Notes: generated from the sequence alone by a model not told the origin. A DNA stretch of 28,308 bases from Candidatus Micrarchaeaceae archaeon (GCA_050013715.1 JBEKES010000009.1:1-28308), one strand, 5' to 3'; shown: positions 1 through 7,904, numbered from the stretch's first letter. Made by a program: numbers and translations.

Positions 1-604
1 TTGCATTAGTGAAAATGTCTATTACAGTTCCAGTAACGAACCCATCCTTTATTTCTAATTTTAAGTCAAATTTATCATTTAGATTTACACCGCCATTAAA
101 TGGTATATTTTCCGAACCTTTAGCTGGGTAGTTTACATTCCCTTTATTATCCCAAATCATATAACCAGCAGTTATTTTTTCGCCCTTTACCTGCAAACTA
201 AATTGGTACCACCAACCTTTATCAGTTAAACCATTTGCAACAACACAATTTGTATTGAAATTACCGGGAATTGAAATAGCTTCCGTTTTAAATTCCACTT
301 TATCTGTTTTTTTATTTATGTATTCTATCATTTGGAGATTTTCTGTTGATCTATTTGCCATATGTATTATGTATTTTTCATAACCTATTTTGTAGGTTAA
401 ATTAGCGCTAAATAAAATAGAACCTGCAAGAAAAGCTCTTGCTGCGTACGATTTAGCTTTGTGCCAAATTTTTTCTTTTTCCTTGGCCCGATCTTTTAAG
501 GTCTTATGTTCTTCGCTTTTTTCTTTTTCCTTTACTCTATTTTTTAAAGTATCTCTAGTCTCGTTTACCTGAGTCGAACTGGATTGTTTTTTGTGATGAA
601 ACAT
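1..604 (-). CDS. Hypothetical membrane-anchored protein (3'-truncated by window edge; absent from ORF track)
   Basis: Hand translation from ATG at 604 (GGCGG just upstream): MFHHKKQSSSTQ...AARAFLAGSILFSANL...NGLTDKGWWYQFSL..., open to position 2; charged N-terminus, one hydrophobic segment, then a beta-rich domain. Confidence 0.8.
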   Translation of the reverse strand, partial: MFHHKKQSSSTQVNETRDTLKNRVKEKEKSEEHKTLKDRAKEKEKIWHKAKSYAARAFLAGSILFSANLTYKIGYEKYIIHMANRSTENLQMIEYINKKTDKVEFKTEAISIPGNFNTNCVVANGLTDKGWWYQFSLQVKGEKITAGYMIWDNKGNVNYPAKGSENIPFNGGVNLNDKFDLKLEIKDGFVTGTVIDIFTNA

Positions 605-647
605 TATTTCCGCCTTTAAGAATTAGGTATATGTAGATATATAAAAA

Positions 648-725
648 TGCATCCATCTCATCCCGGTTTTTCGAGGTGACATCTCAGAAATGGACTCGGC
701 GAGAACATCACGTGAAGTGAGAATT
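648..725. repeat. Cassette-boundary element A (hairpin + tRNA 3'-end core TGGACTCGGCG at 691-701 + ACGT/GAATT arm)
   Basis: Aligns with 1966-2037 (tgcRtccatcYcaYccc...gaggtg...tggactcggcga...acgt); core identical to 5705-5715. Confidence 0.85.
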
Positions 726-802
726 CCCTTTTGGTATACAATGATATACATTGACATGTAATTATATCAAGTGTTAATAATCTTATTTACGTGGAATATT
801 AC

Positions 803-1045
803 ATGAAATTTGTCTATACAAAACATGCTGAAAAGAAGATAAATGAGAGGGCTATAGATAAAAGTATTATTGAAAAAGCATTAAGCAATTCTGATGAAAT
901 AATAAAATCACCAGAAGGAAGGTTAATAGCTCATAAAATAGTAAATAGAAAGTTGCTTAGAATAATATACGTAATAAAAGGGAACTCTTATATTATTGTA
1001 ACAGCATATTATACTAGGCCATCAAGATATGTGGTGAAAAAATGA
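803..1045 (+). CDS. DUF4258-family putative toxin (RelE-like fold)
   Basis: YTKHAEKKINERAI...LRIIY...IIVTAY motif pattern; ATGA overlap with the downstream DUF2283 gene; ATG at 803 preferred over GTG at 791. Confidence 0.75.
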   Translation: MKFVYTKHAEKKINERAIDKSIIEKALSNSDEIIKSPEGRLIAHKIVNRKLLRIIYVIKGNSYIIVTAYYTRPSRYVVKK

Positions 1046-1251
1046 AAATAACTTATGATTCTGAAGTTGATGCATTAGATATACATTTTCAGAAAGGTAA
1101 ATATGAAATTAGTCAGGAATTAATAGAGGGTGTAATAGTAGATTACACAAAAAGCGGTAAGATAATATCTATAGAAATATTAAATGCATCTAAAAAACTT
1201 CCATTAAGTGAAATGAAAAAAGCAATAGTGAATATCTCTGCTGAAGGCTAA
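1042..1251 (+). CDS. DUF2283-family putative antitoxin
   Basis: MKITYDSEVDALDIHF...VIVDY...GKIISIEILNASK signature; GGTG 5 nt before ATG. Confidence 0.85.
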   Translation: MKITYDSEVDALDIHFQKGKYEISQELIEGVIVDYTKSGKIISIEILNASKKLPLSEMKKAIVNISAEG

Positions 1252-1277
1252 TTCTGCTATCTTTTTTCCAAGGCGAA

Positions 1278-1321
1278 ATCATCTTATGATGAGCGTACAA
1301 CTCACGTCACGTAGGAATTGG
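1278..1321. repeat. Degenerate cassette-boundary element C (arm retained, core degenerate)
   Basis: gcg-N8-acgtcacgtaggaattgg matches the arm of element A (gcg-N8-acgtgaagtgagaatt) with the same spacing. Confidence 0.55.
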
Positions 1322-1382
1322 ATTTAAGACATATAATGACATACTTTGATGTCTTTATACAAAATTTTGATTTAAGCACTTT

Positions 1383-1895
1383 CTAATTTGCGTTAACTAT
1401 TATATCAAATATCTGCTTTGGTGTTAGGGAGGCATCTATAAATTCTAATCTATTTTCTTTTGCTTTATTTTGAGCATATTCTATCCAACTAAAAACAATC
1501 TGTTTTTGTTCTTCAGTTTTGGCAAAATCATAAGGATTTTTTCTATTTCTAAGTCTTTTAGCTAGTAACTTCTTATCTGCTTTAAGATAATATTTTTTAT
1601 CAAAAAGATCAAGGAAATCATACATGTTGTCTGAAGCTCCAAATAAATATACTTCTTTATTTTTTCTTAATATATTATTGAGCAATTTTTTACTCCATTG
1701 CCAATCATATTTTGATAACCATTTCTGATTTGCATTCTTCATCATTTTACGTGCAATATTCCCATTTTTGTCAATCCATCTACCGATTTCTTCATCAGCA
1801 TCAAATGCCTTTTTGCCCCTCTTTATGAAATATTTTGATAAATAAGTTTTTCCAGTTCCAGATAATCCAGTTATTAAAACATGTTTTGTTTTCAT
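1383..1895 (-). CDS. P-loop nucleotide/shikimate kinase-like protein (AAA_18-like)
   Basis: N-terminal LITGLSGTGKT Walker A, DAD motif, lid RLRNR; GGTG 5 nt before ATG. Confidence 0.8.
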   Translation of the reverse strand: MKTKHVLITGLSGTGKTYLSKYFIKRGKKAFDADEEIGRWIDKNGNIARKMMKNANQKWLSKYDWQWSKKLLNNILRKNKEVYLFGASDNMYDFLDLFDKKYYLKADKKLLAKRLRNRKNPYDFAKTEEQKQIVFSWIEYAQNKAKENRLEFIDASLTPKQIFDIIVNAN

Positions 1896-1965
1896 TTGTA
1901 CACCAATTACTACTTTTTCAAATTAATTTCTTATAATTTTTAAACCATTTTTATCATTTATAATT

Positions 1966-2037
1966 TGCGTCCATCCCACCCCAATTCTAGAGGTGTAACT
2001 TCGAATCCTGGACTCGGCGAACTATCGACGTAAAAGA
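1966..2037. repeat. Cassette-boundary element B (hairpin + core TGGACTCGGCG at 2009-2019 + arm)
   Basis: Homologous to 648-725; core preceded by TTCGAATCC. Confidence 0.85.
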
Positions 2038-2116
2038 CGCTGTGCTCATGCTATCAATTGAAGACAAATAAATTAAATGACCATTTTTTTCCCCTGGTAT
2101 CTTTAAGACAAATTGA

Positions 2117-2430
2117 TTTCAAAAACAATATTCTGTTTATTGCGAACACTTTGTTGATTCTAAAGAGAACGACCCACCCTCAGAGTTTCGAAAACTCTTA
2201 GCAGAAGAATGTTTGAGGCATGAAAAGCAGGTAGTTAAAGATTTTTATCCTGGAGCAAAGCAATTGACTTACAAGACTCCTGAGAAAAGTTTTAAACTAG
2301 TGCTGTAGGCGATGTTTGATGGTACAAACACCATAACTCAAGCTCCATTATATTATTCTCTGGAAAGTTTCTTTGGGAAGGCTGATATTTTAGAGAAAAA
2401 GAAATGGAAAAGTGTTTTCGGAAGAAGATG
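2117..2430 (+). pseudogene. N-terminal fragment of a TM0106-family RecB-like nuclease
   Basis: Frame reads YSVYCEHFVDSKENDPPSEFRKLLAEECLRHEKQV...FKLVL*AMFDG...APLYY...GKADILEKKKWKSVFG; in-frame TAG at 2306-2308; no start codon; similarity ends before the ExK nuclease motif. Confidence 0.65.
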
Positions 2431-2561
2431 CAAAAGTACTGGAAAGGCTTATAAAATCCTCAGGATCTGTCAAGAGGCTCTCAAAGAAAGAGCTCTTTGC
2501 GGAAATGCAAAAGTTCGCTGAAGAATTAAAGAAAAAAGAAGAACCCTCAACTACGACCTAA
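2421..2561 (+). pseudogene. Orphan C-terminal gene fragment joined to the nuclease remnant
   Basis: A different frame gives EEDAKVLERLIKSSGSVKRLSKKELFAEMQKFAEELKKKEEPSTTT*, which is protein-like and helical with no obvious start. Confidence 0.35.
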
Positions 2562-2648
2562 GTTGATCTAGTATAAGTTTTGTATCTAATCTTGAATTGA
2601 CCATACTTCAGTTTTTTCCTTGAGGAATCTCTATAATCTCCTTAAAAT

Positions 2649-3146
2649 CTAATTAGATGTTACTTTAACTACAGCTATTTCACTGTCTGTGGTTTTATTA
2701 GAAGAATTTACTTTTATAATATATTTAGCATATATAAAACCACCACCTATTGTGCCCTTTGGTAGATTTGGTTTTATTGCTTTTAGCACTACTTTTACAG
2801 TACTATTAGAATTTAACGAAGTAAAATAAGTAGAATTAGGAATATTAAATAAAGAACCATTAATATTAACCCCTCTTCCAGGAGGTGATAGTGCAAAATA
2901 CACATTAGTCCAATTAGTTCCCGTATTTTGAGTTATAAACACAGTTAAATTGCCAGTAGTGACATTTAATGAAGGGTTTTTACAAACGTATCCAGTTAAA
3001 GCAAAACACGGTACATTAAGCCCCCCAGCATCACCAGGTACTCTTAAAGATAAATAAAAAACAATTAAAAAAATTATAATTACTACTAACAATATACCTA
3101 AACTCAATAATTTCAAATTTTTATTATCTTTGTTTGATACAACCAT
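2649..3146 (-). CDS. Membrane-anchored surface protein (pilin-like globular domain possible)
   Basis: N-terminal TM helix, C-x6-C pair (CFALTGYVC), many N-x-S/T sequons. Confidence 0.7.
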   Translation of the reverse strand: MVVSNKDNKNLKLLSLGILLVVIIIFLIVFYLSLRVPGDAGGLNVPCFALTGYVCKNPSLNVTTGNLTVFITQNTGTNWTNVYFALSPPGRGVNINGSLFNIPNSTYFTSLNSNSTVKVVLKAIKPNLPKGTIGGGFIYAKYIIKVNSSNKTTDSEIAVVKVTSN

Positions 3147-3159
3147 ATATACACGTATT

Positions 3160-5643
3160 TTAATTATCTAAAAAAGTTACTGTAGGCATTGTATCTGCAG
3201 GTGGTGCATTTCTAGATCTTACATATTGTATATATGATGAAAGTCCGTGGTTTTGGCCTGCCTCACCTATTGAATAATATATGCTGCTATTTAAAGATGG
3301 ATTTGAATAGGTAGCTCCTGCAGAAGTTCCAGGAGTTTCTTGTATTGATTCATTTTGTGCATTCAATGATGTTGTATTCCACCATATTGATCCGATAACA
3401 GGAAGAACATGTGAACGCATAGGTTGTATCGGATTTGCACCACCTTGGTAAAATTGATATAGATAATCACAAGGCGGGCAATTACCAATTAAAGGATTAA
3501 TTAAACCCATAGGTGTAGCTGTAGTTTCTTTAGAATATGCAAATCCGTTAATGAACCCACCTGAAGCTGGAAGATAGGTATTATTTGTAGCTTCTTCAAG
3601 ATAGATAGAAGGGTATACATTTGCAGTTGTTGCTTGGTAACTGTTTATAAGTCCTTCAAATACTGTGGAATTCTTATATGTATTTTTAGTTTGTATTCCA
3701 AAATATGAAGTTGAGTTGCTTGTTGCATTTATTACAAATCCGTTTTCTACAAATTCTCTTTCTGCCGTGTTTGATTGTGGTGCATTAAATACTGATGGGA
3801 ACGCACATGGTAGACTTGCACCAAAACAAGAGAAGTTAACATAGAAGTTAAACACGTTTGCACCATTGTCATATTGACCATAAGTGCAATTTATTGTATT
3901 AGATGGATTATGGCATGAAAGCTGTGGCGCCTCTCCTATTGGCCCATTTGCAGATAATATACTATAAGGTAATATGTTCATATATATAGTTGCATTGCTA
4001 TCGGGTTCAATACTGTTTGTAAGTTTGATCCATACTGTTGTATTTGTTGATGAACCGAATGGATTGCTTTGAATCCACGCCTGTAATATATTGCCTGTTG
4101 AATCGTTTCCGGTACTGAATTCCACATTAGTCCAATTGGCATTAATTTCATTATAAGCCAAACTATTAACATTTATTTCTTGTTGGAATATTGAAGGCGT
4201 TGGCTTTGATTGCGTATTTGTAAGATTTATAGGAATAGAAGCTAAAATTGAGATTGTAGAATTTATCATTGTATAATTATATGCTACAGGTTTTGATTTT
4301 GCTCCATTATCTTTTATAAATACAGAATATATATTAACAGTATTTGAACTTACATTAATTGTATTTGATGTTCCAATAATATTTGAAGTTGAGAAATTAT
4401 GACCCGCAAGATACCACTTGTAAGTAATATTTGCCAGATGTATGGCATTGGTAGTTACATTCGCAAATAGAACTGTATTGGAACCTAAGTTGTGCTTATC
4501 TATTTTTACAGATAAGTTACTGCCACTGACCCCAAAACTACTTTGATCTTGAGTTATTCTATTCACAGTGTAATTACAAACATTTGGAATACTTTGGATG
4601 CAAACTCTTGCTACATTTGAAGAAGAATTTAAAGTTAAGTTCTTTCCATTTATTGTAGCACTTAACGTATTTACAGGTACGTTACCAAATATTGTATTAA
4701 CAACTATATTTGAATGTGTAAAATCATTACCAAAATAACCTATACTCCAATTTGCAGGAGGTTCTGTTGGTAATGTACAAATAGAATTTTTACAAGTAAT
4801 TTCATCAATGAAATCTGCTTTTGATTCATTAGATTTGTAACTTACGTTTGCAGAAAAAGTCCATTTTTTAGTTGTATCATTAATATATAAAAACCATTTT
4901 TGTGTACCATTAGTATTATTTTTTATAAATATTATAAAAGCATTAATTGTATCATTATATGAAATAGAATTAGTAATCGGTATCTGACAACCTGTTGGAG
5001 ATACTAACTCATAATATGAGTAATAAGTAAGATAAGCAACATGAATACCACAAGCAACAAGTGTAGTTTTTGAATTTGATTGAGTACCTATTTGGATTAA
5101 AGTAGGATCATATAATAATCCACCTATCCCAGTCCATTGTGTTGACCACCTATCCGTGCCAAATATACCAGTAGTTACTGATACTGGTTGAACTATCCAA
5201 GAAGCGTATGTTGCTGTTACAGAATTGTATATGGGATCACCTGGATCATTAGCAACATAATAACCAGACCAGCTATTTGAATTAAAAGAAGATATCATAG
5301 GTAATTTCAATTTCAAATTATTTACTTTTATATTTGTTGAAGTATTAGTATTATTTTCTGTCCAATTACTACCTATGATGTTACTAAGATTATATACTGT
5401 AAAACCTTGGCTTTTCCAAAAAGAACTATTTGATAAGAATTTAATCAATGCCAATGTTTTTTTGTTAGTATTGTTTTGTAAAATTGTTGTGGTTATTGAA
5501 GATGTTGAAGTTATAGTTGTGGTAGCAATCGTAGTTGTTACTCTAACGTTTTGGGAATAAGTATTACTAAAAATAAAGCAGAATAATATCATAGTCAAAA
5601 AAGCAAATTTAATTTTTGGAGTTTTGATAAATGATATTAACAT
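3160..5643 (-). CDS. Secreted G1/A4-family (glutamic) peptidase domain fused to a DUF2341-like surface domain
   Basis: Signal peptide and Thr-rich linker; SNSWSGY, QWTGIGG, LIQIGT and ADFIDE motifs of the eqolisin fold; C-terminal INLTNTQS...FQQ...NWTNVEF...VWIKL...GEAPQL...YDNGANVF module. Confidence 0.75.
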   Translation of the reverse strand: MLISFIKTPKIKFAFLTMILFCFIFSNTYSQNVRVTTTIATTTITSTSSITTTILQNNTNKKTLALIKFLSNSSFWKSQGFTVYNLSNIIGSNWTENNTNTSTNIKVNNLKLKLPMISSFNSNSWSGYYVANDPGDPIYNSVTATYASWIVQPVSVTTGIFGTDRWSTQWTGIGGLLYDPTLIQIGTQSNSKTTLVACGIHVAYLTYYSYYELVSPTGCQIPITNSISYNDTINAFIIFIKNNTNGTQKWFLYINDTTKKWTFSANVSYKSNESKADFIDEITCKNSICTLPTEPPANWSIGYFGNDFTHSNIVVNTIFGNVPVNTLSATINGKNLTLNSSSNVARVCIQSIPNVCNYTVNRITQDQSSFGVSGSNLSVKIDKHNLGSNTVLFANVTTNAIHLANITYKWYLAGHNFSTSNIIGTSNTINVSSNTVNIYSVFIKDNGAKSKPVAYNYTMINSTISILASIPINLTNTQSKPTPSIFQQEINVNSLAYNEINANWTNVEFSTGNDSTGNILQAWIQSNPFGSSTNTTVWIKLTNSIEPDSNATIYMNILPYSILSANGPIGEAPQLSCHNPSNTINCTYGQYDNGANVFNFYVNFSCFGASLPCAFPSVFNAPQSNTAEREFVENGFVINATSNSTSYFGIQTKNTYKNSTVFEGLINSYQATTANVYPSIYLEEATNNTYLPASGGFINGFAYSKETTATPMGLINPLIGNCPPCDYLYQFYQGGANPIQPMRSHVLPVIGSIWWNTTSLNAQNESIQETPGTSAGATYSNPSLNSSIYYSIGEAGQNHGLSSYIQYVRSRNAPPADTMPTVTFLDN

Positions 5644-5704
5644 AGTACTTTATTACAAGAAAGGTATATAAATATCGGCTAAGTACAACGCATATAGTGT
5701 TAGA

Positions 5705-5776
5705 TGGACTCGGCGGGAATCGCACCCGCGGCCTCGCCGTTGCGAACGGCGCGCTCTACTACTGAGCCACGAGCCC
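5705..5776 (-). tRNA. tRNA-Ala(CGC)
   Basis: GGGCTCG/CGAGTCC acceptor stem with G3:U70, anticodon arm CGCCG-TTCGCAA-CGGCG, T arm GCGGG-TGCGATT-CCCGC, discriminator A; CCA not encoded. Confidence 0.95.
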
Positions 5777-5790
5777 ATACAATATAGCTT

Positions 5791-5822
5791 TATACCATAC
5801 CTTAAATAATTTATATGGTATA
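5791..5822. promoter_or_regulatory. Divergent tRNA-Ala/cca promoter region with a 9-bp inverted repeat
   Basis: TATACCATA (5791-5799) and TATGGTATA (5814-5822) flank back-to-back TATA-like boxes about 25-30 nt from each gene start. Confidence 0.5.
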
Positions 5823-5843
5823 TAGGTTGCGTTACGTGAATAA

Positions 5844-5867
5844 ATGGAGGACAATAAATACGGATTA
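5844..5867 (+). repeat. 24-bp inverted repeat, left copy (encodes MEDNKYGL at the cca start)
   Basis: atggaggacaataaatacggatta vs minus-strand atggaggacaacaagtacggttta at 7257-7280; 21/24 identical. Confidence 0.9.
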
Positions 5868-7253
5868 TCTGCGTCATCTAAAAAGAGACTCGATACGCTA
5901 CTTAAGGCAGTATTGCTGGATGTCAAGCCCTCGAAAAAGGAGATTGACGACTCAAAATACGCCATAAACGAGGTAATGGCAAGATTGAAGAAAAATTCGC
6001 CAAAAGATGTTGAAATACTGCTAGCTGGTTCTGTAGCACGAGGCACTCAAATAAGAGGTAACTCAGACATCGACATATTCCTGCTCTTTCCCAGAAGCAT
6101 GAAAGAAGAAATAATCGAGAAAAAAGGACTTGAAATAGGAAAATCCATTGTAAACAAGAAAAAAGGGGAATCTTACATTGTCAAATACGCAGAGCATCCC
6201 TATACGCGTTTGCTGCTTAATGATTTAAGGATTAATGTCGACATAGTCCCAGCATTCAAGATAAAGGACTCTAAAGAACGCGGTACTGCTGTTGACAGGA
6301 CACAATTGCACAACGAATTTGTCAACCAAAACTTATCTGAAAAGCAGCGTGATGAAGTTAGAGTCCTAAAGGCATTTCTCAAAGCACACAATATATATGG
6401 TGCCGAGGCAAAAACAGAAGGGTTTTCAGGATATCTCTGTGAACTGCTTATATACCATAATGGTTCCTTTTCTAAATTGGTAACAAACATTGCAAATCTG
6501 GAATTACCTCTTGTCATTAATACTGCATCAATGCAATTCGACAAGTCAACATTGTCATCTATTATAAAGAAGTTCAACCACAAGCTAATTGTAATAGATC
6601 CTACGGACAGCAATAGGAATGTTGCTGCCAACGTTTCTGAAGAATCATTGCTTAGATTTGCGCTTGTTTCAAGAAAGCTAATTAAAAATCCTGTAAAAGG
6701 CATGTTCTATAGTCAGAGCTATGACGAAGCCAACTCTGAAACTAAATTAACACAACTGAGAAGCAAACTTAATGCCGATATCTATGCCATATATTTCAAA
6801 GTACCTAACATAGCACAGGACATAATATGGCAGCAAACAAAGAAAACAAGACTCAGGCTTGAATCGCTTCTTAAGGAAAACGGATTCGAGCCAATATTAT
6901 CATTGCAGTATACCAAGGAAACAGATGCAATCATGGCATTTTTCATCCCAGATATCAAAATAAATTCAACAAAAGTTACTGGTCCAAGCATTGAAATGGT
7001 AGATGCTGTAGAAAAATTCATGAAATCTCACAAAAATTCAATACTTACGCTTATTGATAAAGACAGAATATATTCCATAGAGAAATCGAAATACAAAAAT
7101 CCTGAGGAATTTATAAGGCACTTTTTAAGCGATAAATCGACTCAGCTCCCTTCAAACCTTAAAGCGAAAAATGCGACTCTGCATATAAATAAAATACCGG
7201 AAAAGCATGCAAGAATGCTTTATCTTGCCCATTGGGAAAAGACCAATATTTAA
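5844..7253 (+). CDS. cca: Archaeal class I CCA-adding tRNA nucleotidyltransferase
   Basis: GSVARGT...SDIDIF, YAEHPY, VDIVPA, AVDRT..H, YGAE...GFSGYLCELL, IDPTD..RNVAA motifs. Confidence 0.97.
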   Translation: MEDNKYGLSASSKKRLDTLLKAVLLDVKPSKKEIDDSKYAINEVMARLKKNSPKDVEILLAGSVARGTQIRGNSDIDIFLLFPRSMKEEIIEKKGLEIGKSIVNKKKGESYIVKYAEHPYTRLLLNDLRINVDIVPAFKIKDSKERGTAVDRTQLHNEFVNQNLSEKQRDEVRVLKAFLKAHNIYGAEAKTEGFSGYLCELLIYHNGSFSKLVTNIANLELPLVINTASMQFDKSTLSSIIKKFNHKLIVIDPTDSNRNVAANVSEESLLRFALVSRKLIKNPVKGMFYSQSYDEANSETKLTQLRSKLNADIYAIYFKVPNIAQDIIWQQTKKTRLRLESLLKENGFEPILSLQYTKETDAIMAFFIPDIKINSTKVTGPSIEMVDAVEKFMKSHKNSILTLIDKDRIYSIEKSKYKNPEEFIRHFLSDKSTQLPSNLKAKNATLHINKIPEKHARMLYLAHWEKTNI

Positions 7254-7850
7254 TTATAAACCGTACTTGTTGTCCTCCATAATGAGATCAAGAAGCTCCT
7301 TAAATTTGCTTATCTCTTCGGTATTTGGCGTTTTTGTCTTCTTGCCTGATATGATTCCTTTTATGTAATCTATCATTTCTTTTCTCTGCTCCATGGTTTC
7401 GATTTCATAGGTTTCATTTCCTAGTTCTCTGCATTTGATGCCGCAATAGTCAGTAGATTCAGATATTATATTCTCTTTCACTTTTTCCTTCTGATACTTC
7501 CTGCTCTCAAGCCTTTTTACCAATTCCTTGAGATTTATTCTCATCACTATTGTTATGTCCTGTTTGAGCGCCAACTCAGCAACAAGATGCCCGACTAATA
7601 TGACTATTGAACTTTTCGACTGCTCTTTTGCAATCTCATTAACTTTTTTTTCTAGCTCCTTGATCTTCACGATTTTTGAACCCATCTTGTCAATCGATGA
7701 ATACAGCCTTTCCTTTTCCACAATGTCGTTTATCTCTATTACCTTTGAATTTGGTATAGATTCCTCAAGCTCCTTCGCAAAGGTGCTCTTCCCAGAGCCT
7801 GGAGTACCTGTAATTGCAATAATTAGATTCCTGCTCGGCATACAAACCAT
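7254..7850 (-). CDS. Adenylate kinase, AK6/Fap7 (hCINAP) type
   Basis: IAITGTPGSGKST, ILVGHL, RLESRKYQKEKVKENI motifs; start may be the ATG at 7841. Confidence 0.88.
   Translation of the reverse strand: MVCMPSRNLIIAITGTPGSGKSTFAKELEESIPNSKVIEINDIVEKERLYSSIDKMGSKIVKIKELEKKVNEIAKEQSKSSIVILVGHLVAELALKQDITIVMRINLKELVKRLESRKYQKEKVKENIISESTDYCGIKCRELGNETYEIETMEQRKEMIDYIKGIISGKKTKTPNTEEISKFKELLDLIMEDNKYGL
7257..7280 (-). repeat. 24-bp inverted repeat, right copy (encodes MEDNKYGL at the kinase C-terminus)
   Basis: Partner of 5844-5867; the three differences are all synonymous third positions. Confidence 0.9.
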
Positions 7851-7904
7851 TTTAGTAAAACCAATATAATTATTTGCAGAGCATATAATAGTATATGTGG
7901 TGCG

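Noticed and set aside
648..2037. CRISPR interpretation of the boundary repeats
   Set aside because: Copies are hundreds to thousands of bp apart with genes between them; no regular spacers and no cas genes.
2312..2521. Tracked 69-aa ORF as a real gene
   Set aside because: It is the post-stop part of a nuclease pseudogene running into out-of-frame sequence.
5831..5840. GTTACGTGAA upstream of cca as another array arm
   Set aside because: A single ACGT with no adjacent core or hairpin; too short to distinguish from chance.
5653..6046. Minus-strand ORFs 5653-5877 and 5759-6046
   Set aside because: They overlap tRNA-Ala and are antisense to cca; shadow frames.
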